This document shows, piece after piece, positions 49,751-59,611 of a stretch of DNA of 64,000 nucleotides. Below the pieces are notes generated by a model that saw only the letters and a program-made list of their open reading frames with translations, had not been told where the DNA came from and searched no databases. Source of the DNA: Thermoplasmatota archaeon (lineage in GTDB: Archaea; Thermoplasmatota; JAKEGO01); assembly GCA_028279595.1 (NCBI GenBank), contig JANQNK010000003.1:96001-160000 (forward strand). The letters are read 5' to 3'. A program made the translations under genes and the position numbers. The stretch's first letter is position 1. The number at the start of each line of letters is the position of its first letter.

Positions 49751-52700
49751 TCAACGCTGCTCTCGACGTCTTGCTATGAAGATGCCAAGGATCGCGAAGA
49801 TCGGGACCAGCAGACCCAACTCGGGAATGTCATCCCCCTGCTCGAAAACCACAGCGTCCATCCCGGCCATCGCCCAGGCGTCCACCGTCCCGTAGGACGT
49901 GTTCCACTCCGATGTCGCCATGAGAGCCCTGTCGATGGTGCCATTCGCGTTCAATGCGAATACGTAGTACTCCCCCGCAGCGAGGGATATCCAGGCTGTA
50001 CCGTGCCCGGATGGCGCCCAGTCCGTCCAGGTCGAGTTGGTGCCGCCGACCGATTTGCAGACCGCCCGCGAGGCGTCCATGGCGTATACGTACGGGCTTG
50101 CGGTCGAGCTCGCCATCGATACCCACGACGTTCCATTACCCGCATCGCCCTTCGCTGTCCAGGATGATCCGGACACCCCTCTCACCGAGGCCATGCCATC
50201 GAGTCGGAGCGCGTAAACGAAGGTCCCATCGGTGGCTATCGAGGACCATGAGGCATCCTCGCCCGCATCGCCCCATTCCGAGACAGAACCGTCCGATGTG
50301 GATATTCGTGAGACCGCTCCATCGGCCTTCAGGACGTAAAGCTCGGTACCTGCCGAGGTGATGGACCTCCATGAGGAGTCGTCCCCAGCGTCGGCCAGAA
50401 GGACCCATGGTTCGCGGCCGTCGATCGATGATAGCACGCTGCCGTCGCTCTTCAGTGCATGGACCCCGTCCGGGTCCGCAGCGATGTCAACGTATCGTGA
50501 TGATACAGGTGCAGCCGGAGTGCCGGTCCCGAACCGGCTCCATCCGTCCGTGGGGTCCGCACACCGATGGACTTGTCCGTCATTGCGTTGGACCAGCAAT
50601 TCGTTCTCTGCTCCTGCGGTCAGTCCGATGTATCCTGTACCTGCCGGGATCTCCGGGTCACCCGAGCCGAACTCCTCCCAGCCGCCGTCCTCGTACATGT
50701 GGACGGATCCGTCCGCGAGAAGAACGCAGGGAGAACCCTCTGAATTCGAGATATCAACAAAGGAAGCGCTGTGCGGAAGACCTGCCGACCCGAGCCCGTT
50801 CCAGCCGGAGCCAGTATCCTCGGAGACGTGAACTGTACCGTCATTGGTCAGTACGCTGATGACCACGTCACTTCCATCCGAGCGGGTGCATATCCCTACA
50901 GAACCTTGTCCAGGGCCTGGGTCCGCATCCTGGGCATATCGGGACCATCCCTCCGATCCGGTAGTGGTGAATACTGCACCGTCGTTCCTGAGGGCATAGA
51001 GGTCTCCCCCGTTCGAGCTGATGTCCACGAACGAGGACCCTCCGGGAGGTTCAGTGTCCGTTACCATGTGCCATCCGTCGGTGCGGGACGACGACCTGTA
51101 GGACCGTCCGTCCATCCGCATCGTGACCACCGATCCATCGTCAGGCACTGAAGCTATCCCGACGAAACCGTCGGCGACGTTCCCCGGGTTTCCAGTGCCA
51201 AAGGGCCTCCAGCCACCGTCGACAGATACCGAATGTAGCACACTTCCGTTGCTCTGGAGGATGTACACCGTTCCGTCATCCCCGGCGGCGATGTCCTCGT
51301 ACTCGACCCCCTCTGGAAGGGCGGTTATCGGCTCCCATGAGCGCCCGGTCTGCGACCAGTGCGCCGAGCCGTTGAGCGTAAGGGCGAAGGGATCGTCCTC
51401 CCCCGTCGAACCGGAGATGGTCATGGGTTCCGTGTGGTCTCCAGTGTTGTTCCTCCAGGTCGTGAAATGGAAATATACCTGGAAATCGAGATAGTCCCGG
51501 TCCACCGAGACCTCGAGCTCCGTATGACCGTTCGCTGCTTCCACGGGCGCGCTGTCGGCGATCCACGGCCAATCGGCCGGAGCCGTGTCGGAATAGCGGT
51601 AATGACGCGCCTCCTCTACCTCGCCGAGGTATCCAGTGACGATTATTAGCCTGTTGGCGACGATCGGGAAGCCCTCCGGACTGTATCCCTCGTCCGCAGG
51701 CATCACACTGAGGAAGATGTATGCGGCGTCGTTGCTCACCGGAAGGGTCAATGGCAGGTCTTGCTGCGACCCGGTCCCTCCCTTGATCGCGATCGGCCGT
51801 GATGCGGGGATCCATGCACCACCCATCATCTCCCCGTCGACGCCCAGGTAGAAGAAGACCTTGCCCTGGGAGCGGGCTCCCTTGTAGTCGGTGATATCGA
51901 CGTTCCTGCGGGCATCCCCACGGACATCCTCGGTCGTGTTGGCCCACTCATGGAACAGTCCGTCGATGACGTATCCGTCCGGAGGCGCGGCCAGGTACCA
52001 GGAGCAACCGCGGAGCTCGTTCGTGACGGCCTTCGAGTTCGTGGCGACGTCCGCGACGTCCATTGTCAGCACGGTGCCCTCGGTCGCCTGGGGCGCGATG
52101 GTCACCCTTATCGATACGCTCGATTCCCCGATGATCTCGACGTCGTCCATGTCCAGGACGACCTTCCCGTCGGACAGCAGATGGCTGTCGATCGCCGATC
52201 CGTCCCGTATCAGGGAGATCTGACCGACGTCAGTGTCGGCCACCGTTCCGGAGACCTCGACGGTGAGGTTCCTGACCTTGCACGAGCCCCCGGTGGCCTT
52301 GAATTCGACATCCAGGACGTCGTACATGCTGTCAGGTGACAGTATCGTCCCTTCTGTGATGAGCGGGTCCGCGGATATCACGACCGGGGCCCTCTTGCCC
52401 TCGTGTACCAGAGGGAGCACGTTGCTCAGGTCCTCGTTCCCCTTGTCGTCCGAGACCCTGAAAACGAGCAGTGCATCGTCCCCGTTGTGGTAGGGCATAC
52501 CGATCTCGATCCTGCGGTTGTGGACCCTCGAGGGTACATGCGAGATGTGGCTCCAGTTCCAGTCCCTCTTCTCGGGACCGAATCCCTGGTCGGAGTATCT
52601 GTAGTAGTTCGAGGTAACGATCCCGTCCTCCCTGCCGTAGACCTCCACCAGGTACTCGGCCCCTATCCCGAGGATGCTGTATCCAGACCTGGAGGATGCG

Positions 52701-53194
52701 TCCGAGTCGACGAACACCTGCACCGACCCGCCGACGGTCCTGGTGTCGAACATGGTCCCGATCACCTCGACGTACAGGAAGAGCTGGTCGCCTTCACGGA
52801 CCGCTCCCGTGGATAGCAAGTTGATACCGGAATAGGCTGCGTCACCGTCGTCGTCCATGAACAGCGAGACGTCGTCCCAGTCCGAGAAATCGCCGTCGAC
52901 GGTCATGGACTCCTCCTGCGGAAGGAAGTAGATGTATGCTGAGAGTATGAGTGCCGCGACCAGCATCACCACGGCGACGACGTTCCCGATCCTGGACATG
53001 TCGCGGCCCCTCCTAGGCCTCTTGGGTGTCTGTTTCGAGGGATCGTCGTAGATGGACCTCTTTCGCCTCTTGCCGATGGTCGTCGTCACACCTGCAGCGA
53101 GGATGACGGTGCTGGGAGTGCCATGGCTAGGCACATCGGCATACTCGATAATTCCACCCGTCTGTCCCGATACCGCCGCTGATTCCGCCACCAT
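49751..53194 (-). CDS. Large surface protein: N-terminal TM, DGxFxxW domains, beta-propeller-like repeats, PEF-CTERM-like tail
   Basis: VDGDFSDW, IDGLFHEW; repeated (F/Y/W)xxI....(Y/H)xLxxDG.V units; IPELGLLVPIFAILGIFIARRR end. Confidence 0.75.
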   Translation of the reverse strand: MVAESAAVSGQTGGIIEYADVPSHGTPSTVILAAGVTTTIGKRRKRSIYDDPSKQTPKRPRRGRDMSRIGNVVAVVMLVAALILSAYIYFLPQEESMTVDGDFSDWDDVSLFMDDDGDAAYSGINLLSTGAVREGDQLFLYVEVIGTMFDTRTVGGSVQVFVDSDASSRSGYSILGIGAEYLVEVYGREDGIVTSNYYRYSDQGFGPEKRDWNWSHISHVPSRVHNRRIEIGMPYHNGDDALLVFRVSDDKGNEDLSNVLPLVHEGKRAPVVISADPLITEGTILSPDSMYDVLDVEFKATGGSCKVRNLTVEVSGTVADTDVGQISLIRDGSAIDSHLLSDGKVVLDMDDVEIIGESSVSIRVTIAPQATEGTVLTMDVADVATNSKAVTNELRGCSWYLAAPPDGYVIDGLFHEWANTTEDVRGDARRNVDITDYKGARSQGKVFFYLGVDGEMMGGAWIPASRPIAIKGGTGSQQDLPLTLPVSNDAAYIFLSVMPADEGYSPEGFPIVANRLIIVTGYLGEVEEARHYRYSDTAPADWPWIADSAPVEAANGHTELEVSVDRDYLDFQVYFHFTTWRNNTGDHTEPMTISGSTGEDDPFALTLNGSAHWSQTGRSWEPITALPEGVEYEDIAAGDDGTVYILQSNGSVLHSVSVDGGWRPFGTGNPGNVADGFVGIASVPDDGSVVTMRMDGRSYRSSSRTDGWHMVTDTEPPGGSSFVDISSNGGDLYALRNDGAVFTTTGSEGWSRYAQDADPGPGQGSVGICTRSDGSDVVISVLTNDGTVHVSEDTGSGWNGLGSAGLPHSASFVDISNSEGSPCVLLADGSVHMYEDGGWEEFGSGDPEIPAGTGYIGLTAGAENELLVQRNDGQVHRCADPTDGWSRFGTGTPAAPVSSRYVDIAADPDGVHALKSDGSVLSSIDGREPWVLLADAGDDSSWRSITSAGTELYVLKADGAVSRISTSDGSVSEWGDAGEDASWSSIATDGTFVYALRLDGMASVRGVSGSSWTAKGDAGNGTSWVSMASSTASPYVYAMDASRAVCKSVGGTNSTWTDWAPSGHGTAWISLAAGEYYVFALNANGTIDRALMATSEWNTSYGTVDAWAMAGMDAVVFEQGDDIPELGLLVPIFAILGIFIARRREQR

Positions 53195-53395
53195 GGGTTC
53201 CTACCCCGTTCCTGTTTAACGACTGGCACACATAAAACCCTTTTCATGGATGGCTTCGGAAGGAAATCAGCTGAATCACCCCACTTGCGACAGGTACTGG
53301 CTCAGGAAAAACGCTCGCTCATTCCAGCGGTGAAGAGAGGGGCCGGAGTAGTCTGTTAACGTGTAATACGACCCCGCAGCACTGGTGGAACCGTC

Positions 53396-54433
53396 CTATG
53401 TGTTCCTCTCCGGGACGTCGTCCGGACCGAAGGGAACGAACTTCTCGGCCTTCGCCATCCTGAGCCCCTTGAGGTAACCGCGGCCCCACTCGAAGTGTCC
53501 CACCGCTATCAGGAAGGGCGCTCCCACCACGTACCGTCCTTTGGCGTAGGGTGAATAGGACTGTGTCGCGCCGAAGAAGGCCACGATGAAATAGACGACG
53601 AGCAGTGAGAGTAGGAGGATCAGCGGATACACGCCGAACCCGAACGGGAGGACCATGCTTACGATGGAGAGCGCGAGGAGGACAGCGACCGCGATTATTC
53701 CGATGGACGGCATGATGTGGAGCTTCCTCTTCAGATCGGGGTATCTCACGTTCGCCATGGCCCTGCCGATGCCGTACCTGTAGATCTGTCGGGCGTAACC
53801 CTTGAGCGTCGGCCTGCGCTTGTGATAGACGATGGCGTTCGGGTCGAAGAAGATCTCGTGCCCCTTCTTCTTGATCCGGTGATCGAGGGCGAGATCCTCG
53901 GCCGTCGGGAGGTCCTCGTCGAAACCCCCTGCATCCTCGATGACCGACCGTCTGTACGCTGCATTGCAGCCGGGATTGTGATATATCTTGGTGATGGTCT
54001 TCGGGATCTTGCCGTAACGAGTGTCCCCGGTCATGACCTTCGATCCGTAGGTGACGTCCGACGCCTTCCCGAGGTAGTTGTCAGTCCTTGGAGCGATGTT
54101 CGGACCTCCGACGCTCGCGACCTTCGGGTCGTCGAAGTGCCTCACGAGGTTGCCGAGCCAATCCTCCCTCGGCATCGTGTCGGCGTCGGTGAAAACGATG
54201 ATGTCGGCGTCGGTGCTCCTCAGGCCGGTGTTGCCTGCGTGGCCCCTGGTCCTTCCCTCGTCGTAGACGACGGTGGCGCCGTTCTTCCTTGCGACCTTGT
54301 CGGTCCCGTCCTTCGAGTGACCGTCCACTATCAGTACTTCGAAATCCTGGAAAGTCTGCGCTTTGAGAGCCTTGAAGCAGTCCCTCAGGTCAGCGGCGCA
54401 GTTGAGGGTCGGGATCATCACGACGACCTTCAT
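53396..54433 (-). CDS. GT2 glycosyltransferase with C-terminal TM segments
   Basis: IPTLN, VDGHSKDGT, FTDAD, GGFDE...ED. Confidence 0.9.
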   Translation of the reverse strand: MKVVVMIPTLNCAADLRDCFKALKAQTFQDFEVLIVDGHSKDGTDKVARKNGATVVYDEGRTRGHAGNTGLRSTDADIIVFTDADTMPREDWLGNLVRHFDDPKVASVGGPNIAPRTDNYLGKASDVTYGSKVMTGDTRYGKIPKTITKIYHNPGCNAAYRRSVIEDAGGFDEDLPTAEDLALDHRIKKKGHEIFFDPNAIVYHKRRPTLKGYARQIYRYGIGRAMANVRYPDLKRKLHIMPSIGIIAVAVLLALSIVSMVLPFGFGVYPLILLLSLLVVYFIVAFFGATQSYSPYAKGRYVVGAPFLIAVGHFEWGRGYLKGLRMAKAEKFVPFGPDDVPERNT

Positions 54434-54555
54434 GCAATTCCGTCAGTCGGTCTCAGTATAAAAAGGTTGACGACCACTGTTTCCACTCCAGCCAGTCATC
54501 CAGCCTGGACCGCTGCCGACAGAACTTTTAAGACCGATGTATCGAATGGAGGCCT

Positions 54556-56022
54556 ATGCCGAAGGTCACGAATTTCCAGATCATAGCGGTAGTCGTTGTA
54601 GTCCTCGTGATCGTCCTGGCGGCCACGTTCACCGGCGAGGACGATGGCAATGGCAAGAAAGGGACCTCAGGTGGATGGGACACCCCGTATGACAATCATT
54701 TCGGCAACGTGAAGGTTACGGTCCAAGGCCTGCATTCTGATTCCAATACCAATGAGCCTTACATCGCCATCAATCCGAACGATCCAATGAACATCGTTGC
54801 CGCTGGGAACGATTACTCGACCCTGCTCGGTGATGTCTGGCTTGGTTATTACTACAGCTTCGACGGCGGTGCTTCCTGGAACCGCTCCTTCTTGCCCGGC
54901 TATCCCGGAGACATACGTGGAGACCTGAGCCCGCTCTTCGGATTCATGGGAGCTGGTGATGCTGTCGTCGCATTCGGTCCCGACGGTGAGTGCTACATCT
55001 CTTTGATCGCTTTCGAACGCCCGGTGGGAGAGATACGGAATGGCATCTACGTCGCCAGGTCGAACGATGGGGGGAAGACCTTCGATGGTTCGGACATCCA
55101 CATGGTGGTCGACTTCGGAGATGGGTTCTTGGCGTTCCACGACAAGGAATGGATCGCTGTCGACCCGAACAGCGGCGATGTCTATGTCACATGGTCATGG
55201 TTCACTGCATATTCGACCGCTCAGATCCTCTACTCGAGGTCGACCGACGGAGGCGAGACCTGGTCCGATTATCAGGTGCTCTCCCAGACGCTCGACGCTG
55301 AGATAGGCAATCAGGGGTCCCAGGTCGTAGTGGACTCCGAAGGGGTCGTCCACGTGATCTGGGTGGATTTCGACAGGGAGGTCATCAGGTACACGAGCTC
55401 AGGTGACGGTTCCTCCTTCTCCACTCCGGTGGACCTGGTGGACATCGATCCCATCCCATATGCCCTGAACAACAATACCTACAGGACCCCGACATTACCG
55501 TCGCTTGCCGTCGATACGTCGGGAACCGATTCGGACGGGAACCTGTACATCACATGGAACGATTTCAGGAGTGGCGACGCGGACGCCCTCCTCATCATGA
55601 GTGACGATGGTGGCGATTCCTGGACCGATCCCGTGAGGGTGAATCAGGATGAGTTCCAGAACGGAGCCGACCAGTTCTTCCCGGCCGCGTCCGTCACTCC
55701 GGAAGGGGTCGTCGGGATCGCCTTCTATGACCGGAGGGAGGACACCCACAATACCATGTTGAACATGTACATGGCGACCTCGACGGACCAGGGCGCAACA
55801 TTCCAGGATTTCAAGATAACCACGGAAGACTTCGACGGTGAAGCTGGTGGGGGCTCAGCTCTCGGTCAGGCCACCAGTGGAGATGCCTTCATCGGTGATT
55901 ACATAGGCACCGTTGCGAACGACGAGTACATCTATGCCATCTGGTGCGATACTCGAAATGGTGACCCGGATGACAGGGATGCCGACCTGTACACGGCTCG
56001 GGCTGTTATTGATCGGATCTGA
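54556..56022 (+). CDS. Membrane-anchored BNR/Asp-box (sialidase-like) beta-propeller protein
   Basis: Five S.D.G..(W/F) Asp-boxes, DKEWI, FIGDY, W.DTR. Confidence 0.85.
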   Translation: MPKVTNFQIIAVVVVVLVIVLAATFTGEDDGNGKKGTSGGWDTPYDNHFGNVKVTVQGLHSDSNTNEPYIAINPNDPMNIVAAGNDYSTLLGDVWLGYYYSFDGGASWNRSFLPGYPGDIRGDLSPLFGFMGAGDAVVAFGPDGECYISLIAFERPVGEIRNGIYVARSNDGGKTFDGSDIHMVVDFGDGFLAFHDKEWIAVDPNSGDVYVTWSWFTAYSTAQILYSRSTDGGETWSDYQVLSQTLDAEIGNQGSQVVVDSEGVVHVIWVDFDREVIRYTSSGDGSSFSTPVDLVDIDPIPYALNNNTYRTPTLPSLAVDTSGTDSDGNLYITWNDFRSGDADALLIMSDDGGDSWTDPVRVNQDEFQNGADQFFPAASVTPEGVVGIAFYDRREDTHNTMLNMYMATSTDQGATFQDFKITTEDFDGEAGGGSALGQATSGDAFIGDYIGTVANDEYIYAIWCDTRNGDPDDRDADLYTARAVIDRI

Positions 56023-56040
56023 GGGTTCATAGGAACAATT

Positions 56041-57180
56041 TCACAACCCAGCCAGTACTGCTTCGAGGTCCGCCATCAATTCTTCAGCATGATGCCTCTT
56101 GATGTGGGGCATGATGACCATCCTGACGGCCTCGGGATGCCGCGTCCGGGAAAGGCACCAGCCCCTCTCCGACATGTCCGAGATCAACTTCTTGTTGTCC
56201 GTGGTACGGAAGGCGACGATGTTCATGGGAGGTTCGACGACGAGCTCCCCTCCGGCCTTCTCTATCCCCCGGGCCAGGAGCTCCGTGTTCTGCATGCACT
56301 CGTCCACGACCTGCGTGTAGCCGTCCATCCCCAGGTGCATCATCACGGCGTAAGTGGAAGCGACAGCGGCCGAACATCTCGTTCCTGAGAGCGACCTCTG
56401 GTCCTTGACGGTCAGGTATGGAGCTTCGACGGAGATCTTGTCAACGCCCTCACGATGCCGGAACAGGACCGCTCCGGACGGTATGGTGGAGAGCCCCATC
56501 TTGTGGGGGTCCACGGCCACGCTGGTGACCCCGTCGATGGAGAAGTCGAAGTCGGGTGCAGGCCTTCCCAGCCTTCTCAGGAACGGCAGGACGAATCCGC
56601 CGAACGCAGCGTCAACGTGGAGGTAGCAATGTTCGGACGCGATGCCCGCCAGCGTTCCGATGGGATCGACCACACCGAGCTCCGTCGTGCCTGCGACGCC
56701 GACGACGGCCAAGGTGTCGTCGGATATCCTGTCCTCCACCTCGGAGACGTCGACCTTGAAGTCATCGTCGAGTCCCACCAGCACGGGTTCCAGATTGAGC
56801 AGATCGACGGCCTTGCTGAAGGAGAAATGAGCGGTCTCACCGAAGATGACCTCCCTCTTGCCGGTGAGGTTCCTTGCGATCCAAAGGGCCGTGATGTTCG
56901 CCTCGGTACCGCCGCCCACGATGTGGCCGGTGGCCGTCGGGTAGGACAGCATCTCGCCGAGCATGGAGAAGATGCGCTCCTCCATCTCCTGGGTCCCCGG
57001 ATAGAGTCCGGCGTTCCCCAGGTTGGATTCGATGAACTTCATGTGCGCCCTTATCGCCAGCGGATGAGGGGCCGTGCACATGGAACCCACGGTCCTCCCG
57101 TCCGTGAAATGCCTGTCCTTTCGATAGAACTCCTCGAGGAGGTCCCAGACCTCCTCCTCGTCCATGCCTGACTCTCTCAA
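56041..57180 (-). CDS. mfnA: L-tyrosine/L-aspartate decarboxylase
   Basis: GSMCT.PH, NLG..GLYPG, GGTEAN, HVDAAFGG, DPHKMG, GTR; TTG start overlaps upstream TGA. Confidence 0.92.
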   Translation of the reverse strand: MRESGMDEEEVWDLLEEFYRKDRHFTDGRTVGSMCTAPHPLAIRAHMKFIESNLGNAGLYPGTQEMEERIFSMLGEMLSYPTATGHIVGGGTEANITALWIARNLTGKREVIFGETAHFSFSKAVDLLNLEPVLVGLDDDFKVDVSEVEDRISDDTLAVVGVAGTTELGVVDPIGTLAGIASEHCYLHVDAAFGGFVLPFLRRLGRPAPDFDFSIDGVTSVAVDPHKMGLSTIPSGAVLFRHREGVDKISVEAPYLTVKDQRSLSGTRCSAAVASTYAVMMHLGMDGYTQVVDECMQNTELLARGIEKAGGELVVEPPMNIVAFRTTDNKKLISDMSERGWCLSRTRHPEAVRMVIMPHIKRHHAEELMADLEAVLAGL

Positions 57181-58013
57181 GTTGCCCTCTCCTCGAGGTA
57201 CCTCTTGATGGCTATGCTCGAGAAGATGAGGTACTTCGGGTCGTCGTCGTACTCGTAGAACTTGAGATCGAGGTTCGTCAGGCCCTCGTTGCTGGTACCC
57301 ATGAGGGCTCCCGCAATGACCGTGTGGTCCTTCGGATGGATGAAGAGCATCTCGTACTCCGAGTCCTTCATCGTAATGGCGACGAGCGCAAGCGGGTGGC
57401 CGGTCGACTTGGAGATCCGCATGCTCCTGTCGGACGGGTAGTCGATCTTGCCGAAGACCTTGCCGTCCTGGCCGATGAGGTCGGTGGACATCCATCTCTG
57501 ACCGTGGATTATCCCGCCGACGCCCTTGTTGTCAGGGTCGTAGAACTTCGCATCTATGAACATCGTCGAGAAGTACGGTGGGATCTCGACGTATCCGAGA
57601 AGGACGTCGTTGTGGAATATTGAGTACTTCCCGTCGACCTCGGTCGTGAAATCGATGCCGACCGTCCTGGTTGCCTGGAAGACCTTCCCCTCTGCGATGA
57701 GGTCCGACTTCAGCTCGCCCTCGATGGTCCCGAAGGTCACCGCGGAAAGGCTGGCGATGATACTGGGCGTCTTGAGCTGCATGCAGTTCTTGCCGCCCTC
57801 CATGGTGGTCCTGAAGCCTTCGACGGAGCGCCTAGTGATGTCAAGGACCTTGCTGGGTCCCTCGACACCTTCGGTGTAGAAGAGTATCCGTCTGTTCGTG
57901 AGAACCAGGTTGCCCTTCTTCTCCTCCGGCATGGTCGGGTCAATGGTCAACCGACCGCTCTCCTGGTGGATAATCTTCTCGTCTATACCAAGGTCGTCCG
58001 TGATCTTTCGCAT
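57177..58013 (-). CDS. Hypothetical protein: PH/GRAM-like N-terminus plus tubby/LURP-like C-terminus
   Basis: KGNLVLTNRRILFY; repeated x-D-x-x-G-x-x-x-G-x-I hairpins; coupled to mfnA. Confidence 0.6.
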   Translation of the reverse strand: MRKITDDLGIDEKIIHQESGRLTIDPTMPEEKKGNLVLTNRRILFYTEGVEGPSKVLDITRRSVEGFRTTMEGGKNCMQLKTPSIIASLSAVTFGTIEGELKSDLIAEGKVFQATRTVGIDFTTEVDGKYSIFHNDVLLGYVEIPPYFSTMFIDAKFYDPDNKGVGGIIHGQRWMSTDLIGQDGKVFGKIDYPSDRSMRISKSTGHPLALVAITMKDSEYEMLFIHPKDHTVIAGALMGTSNEGLTNLDLKFYEYDDDPKYLIFSSIAIKRYLEERAT

Positions 58014-58114
58014 GCGGCCCACAACTCCAGCCCGATATATGCCATATTGCCTATTAATACGTTACCGGCTAAGACCAGCCTAGGACATTGATAGATGGCA
58101 GGTCCGGTGAGGTC

Positions 58115-58714
58115 TCATGCGAGCCTGTAGGACATCTCCACGGACAGGGTGTAGGAGTTCCCATCGTCTATGAATATGATCCCCGTGCCACCGCCGAGGA
58201 ACGAATGATCTCCGGCGTCATCGAGGGTGACGATAGCCTCCCAGGGTCCGAAGGTGTCCGCGTCGGGTTCACCCGCCAATTGGGTTATGTTGAAGTAGAG
58301 TTCGATCCTGCCCTCCGCGCCGTGCGCGTTCGTGTCGGAATCGGATTGCACCCACTGCATGTCCGGGTCCCTGACCTCGAGCGTGAAGGTATCCCCCTCG
58401 TTCTCGTAGGTGGGCGCAGCGTCCGCCTCGTCGGTCCATGTAAGGACGAACATCGCATCTACGACGTATCCGCCCGTGTCGAAGGTGTGATTGTAACTCT
58501 CGCCCTCGTTGGCTTGACCGTTCGGGGAATCGGTGTAGTTCTTGTACTCTCCGGTGCCACCACCGCCGCCACCGCCGCCGCCGTCGCCCGGCTCGTAGTA
58601 GTCGGCGTTGGCCGCTTCCATGGCGAATACACCGTAAACGGCGGCGATTATGATGATGCCACCAACGATGGAGATCACCTGATTGTACTTCTTGATGTAA
58701 TCGTCAATCTTCAT
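58115..58714 (-). CDS. Membrane-anchored acidic extracellular protein (paralog of the MetS-fusion domain)
   Basis: N-terminal TM, poly-Gly linker, LTWTDE, DAGD, DDGN.Y.L. Confidence 0.8.
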   Translation of the reverse strand: MKIDDYIKKYNQVISIVGGIIIIAAVYGVFAMEAANADYYEPGDGGGGGGGGGTGEYKNYTDSPNGQANEGESYNHTFDTGGYVVDAMFVLTWTDEADAAPTYENEGDTFTLEVRDPDMQWVQSDSDTNAHGAEGRIELYFNITQLAGEPDADTFGPWEAIVTLDDAGDHSFLGGGTGIIFIDDGNSYTLSVEMSYRLA

Positions 58715-58942
58715 CGGGGCATGTTAAGAAAGGAAACGTCTTATAGTTTTCTGTGGACCCGTTACGGATAACGGTATCAGTGACCGTTCCGGAAGGACGG
58801 TACCGATCCCGGAATTCGATATCGTGGGCCCGACCATTACCACTACTGGCCCAAATCCACGACAACGGTGCCAGTGTTTGACAAAACATATATAAACAAC
58901 GAGACCATTACATTTGTTACATCGTGTAGAGGAGGCTCTACT

Positions 58943-59470
58943 ATGAGAAAACTAAAGAAGATCTGGGTGGACCAGGAGGCGGTATCTCCCGTCATCGCCG
59001 TCATTCTGATGGTGGCGATCACCGTGGTCCTCGCCGCGGTTCTGTACATGTGGGCACAGAGTTTCGTGCCGACAGGCAAGAACACGCCAGTGGCGACGGT
59101 CACGGTAAGCAAGAGCCAGAACAACTATGAGCTGTACATCAGCAGCATCGAGCCCGCTGCAGCCGGTGACAGCGTCAAGTATCAGCTCTTGGACAGCAAC
59201 CGCGTCCCGGTCGAGCAAGGTGAGTTGAACGACGTGTACAACAAGGTACTCAGGAATCCCATGAACGGAGGGATCCTGTCCAACGTCAGTTGGAGGGACT
59301 CCAACGGGGATGACAGACTGAGCACCGGTGACACGATAGTACTCCTCGGTGCGGAGAACGATCGCTGGAACAACGAGCCAGTCGCTCCCGGCGTCGCCGA
59401 TTCCGGAATGATCTTCCGGATAATCTTCGACCCGACGGAGAAATCGATCGCGTCGATCGAGCTGACCTGA
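58943..59470 (+). CDS. Archaeal type IV pilin (class III signal peptide)
   Basis: MRKLKKIWVDQEA/VSPVIAVILMVAITVVLAAVLYMW; SD GAGGAGG; TATA at about 58888-58896. Confidence 0.9.
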   Translation: MRKLKKIWVDQEAVSPVIAVILMVAITVVLAAVLYMWAQSFVPTGKNTPVATVTVSKSQNNYELYISSIEPAAAGDSVKYQLLDSNRVPVEQGELNDVYNKVLRNPMNGGILSNVSWRDSNGDDRLSTGDTIVLLGAENDRWNNEPVAPGVADSGMIFRIIFDPTEKSIASIELT

Positions 59471-59490
59471 TCAGGCCCAGCTGGAACAAC

Positions 59491-59513
59491 AGAAGGACAC
59501 CTGGTGTCCTTCT
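59491..59513 (+). terminator. Perfect hairpin followed by a pyrimidine tract after the pilin gene
   Basis: agaaggacac-ctg-gtgtccttct then C-run and tatttt. Confidence 0.6.
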
Positions 59514-59611
59514 CCCCCCCCTATTTTACACTTTTAACTCCGAGCTAGAGGTTGTGAGTCCTATTCAACTTGACACAACTCTCAATATATCATCCGGTCC
59601 GTGGATCGGAT

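Noticed and set aside
53290-53360. Imperfect hairpin as an H/ACA or K-turn RNA
   Set aside because: Weak pairing, with no convincing ACA box or K-loop geometry.
56041-57180. mfnA as evidence of methanogenesis
   Set aside because: MfnA homologs also supply beta-alanine for CoA in non-methanogenic archaea.
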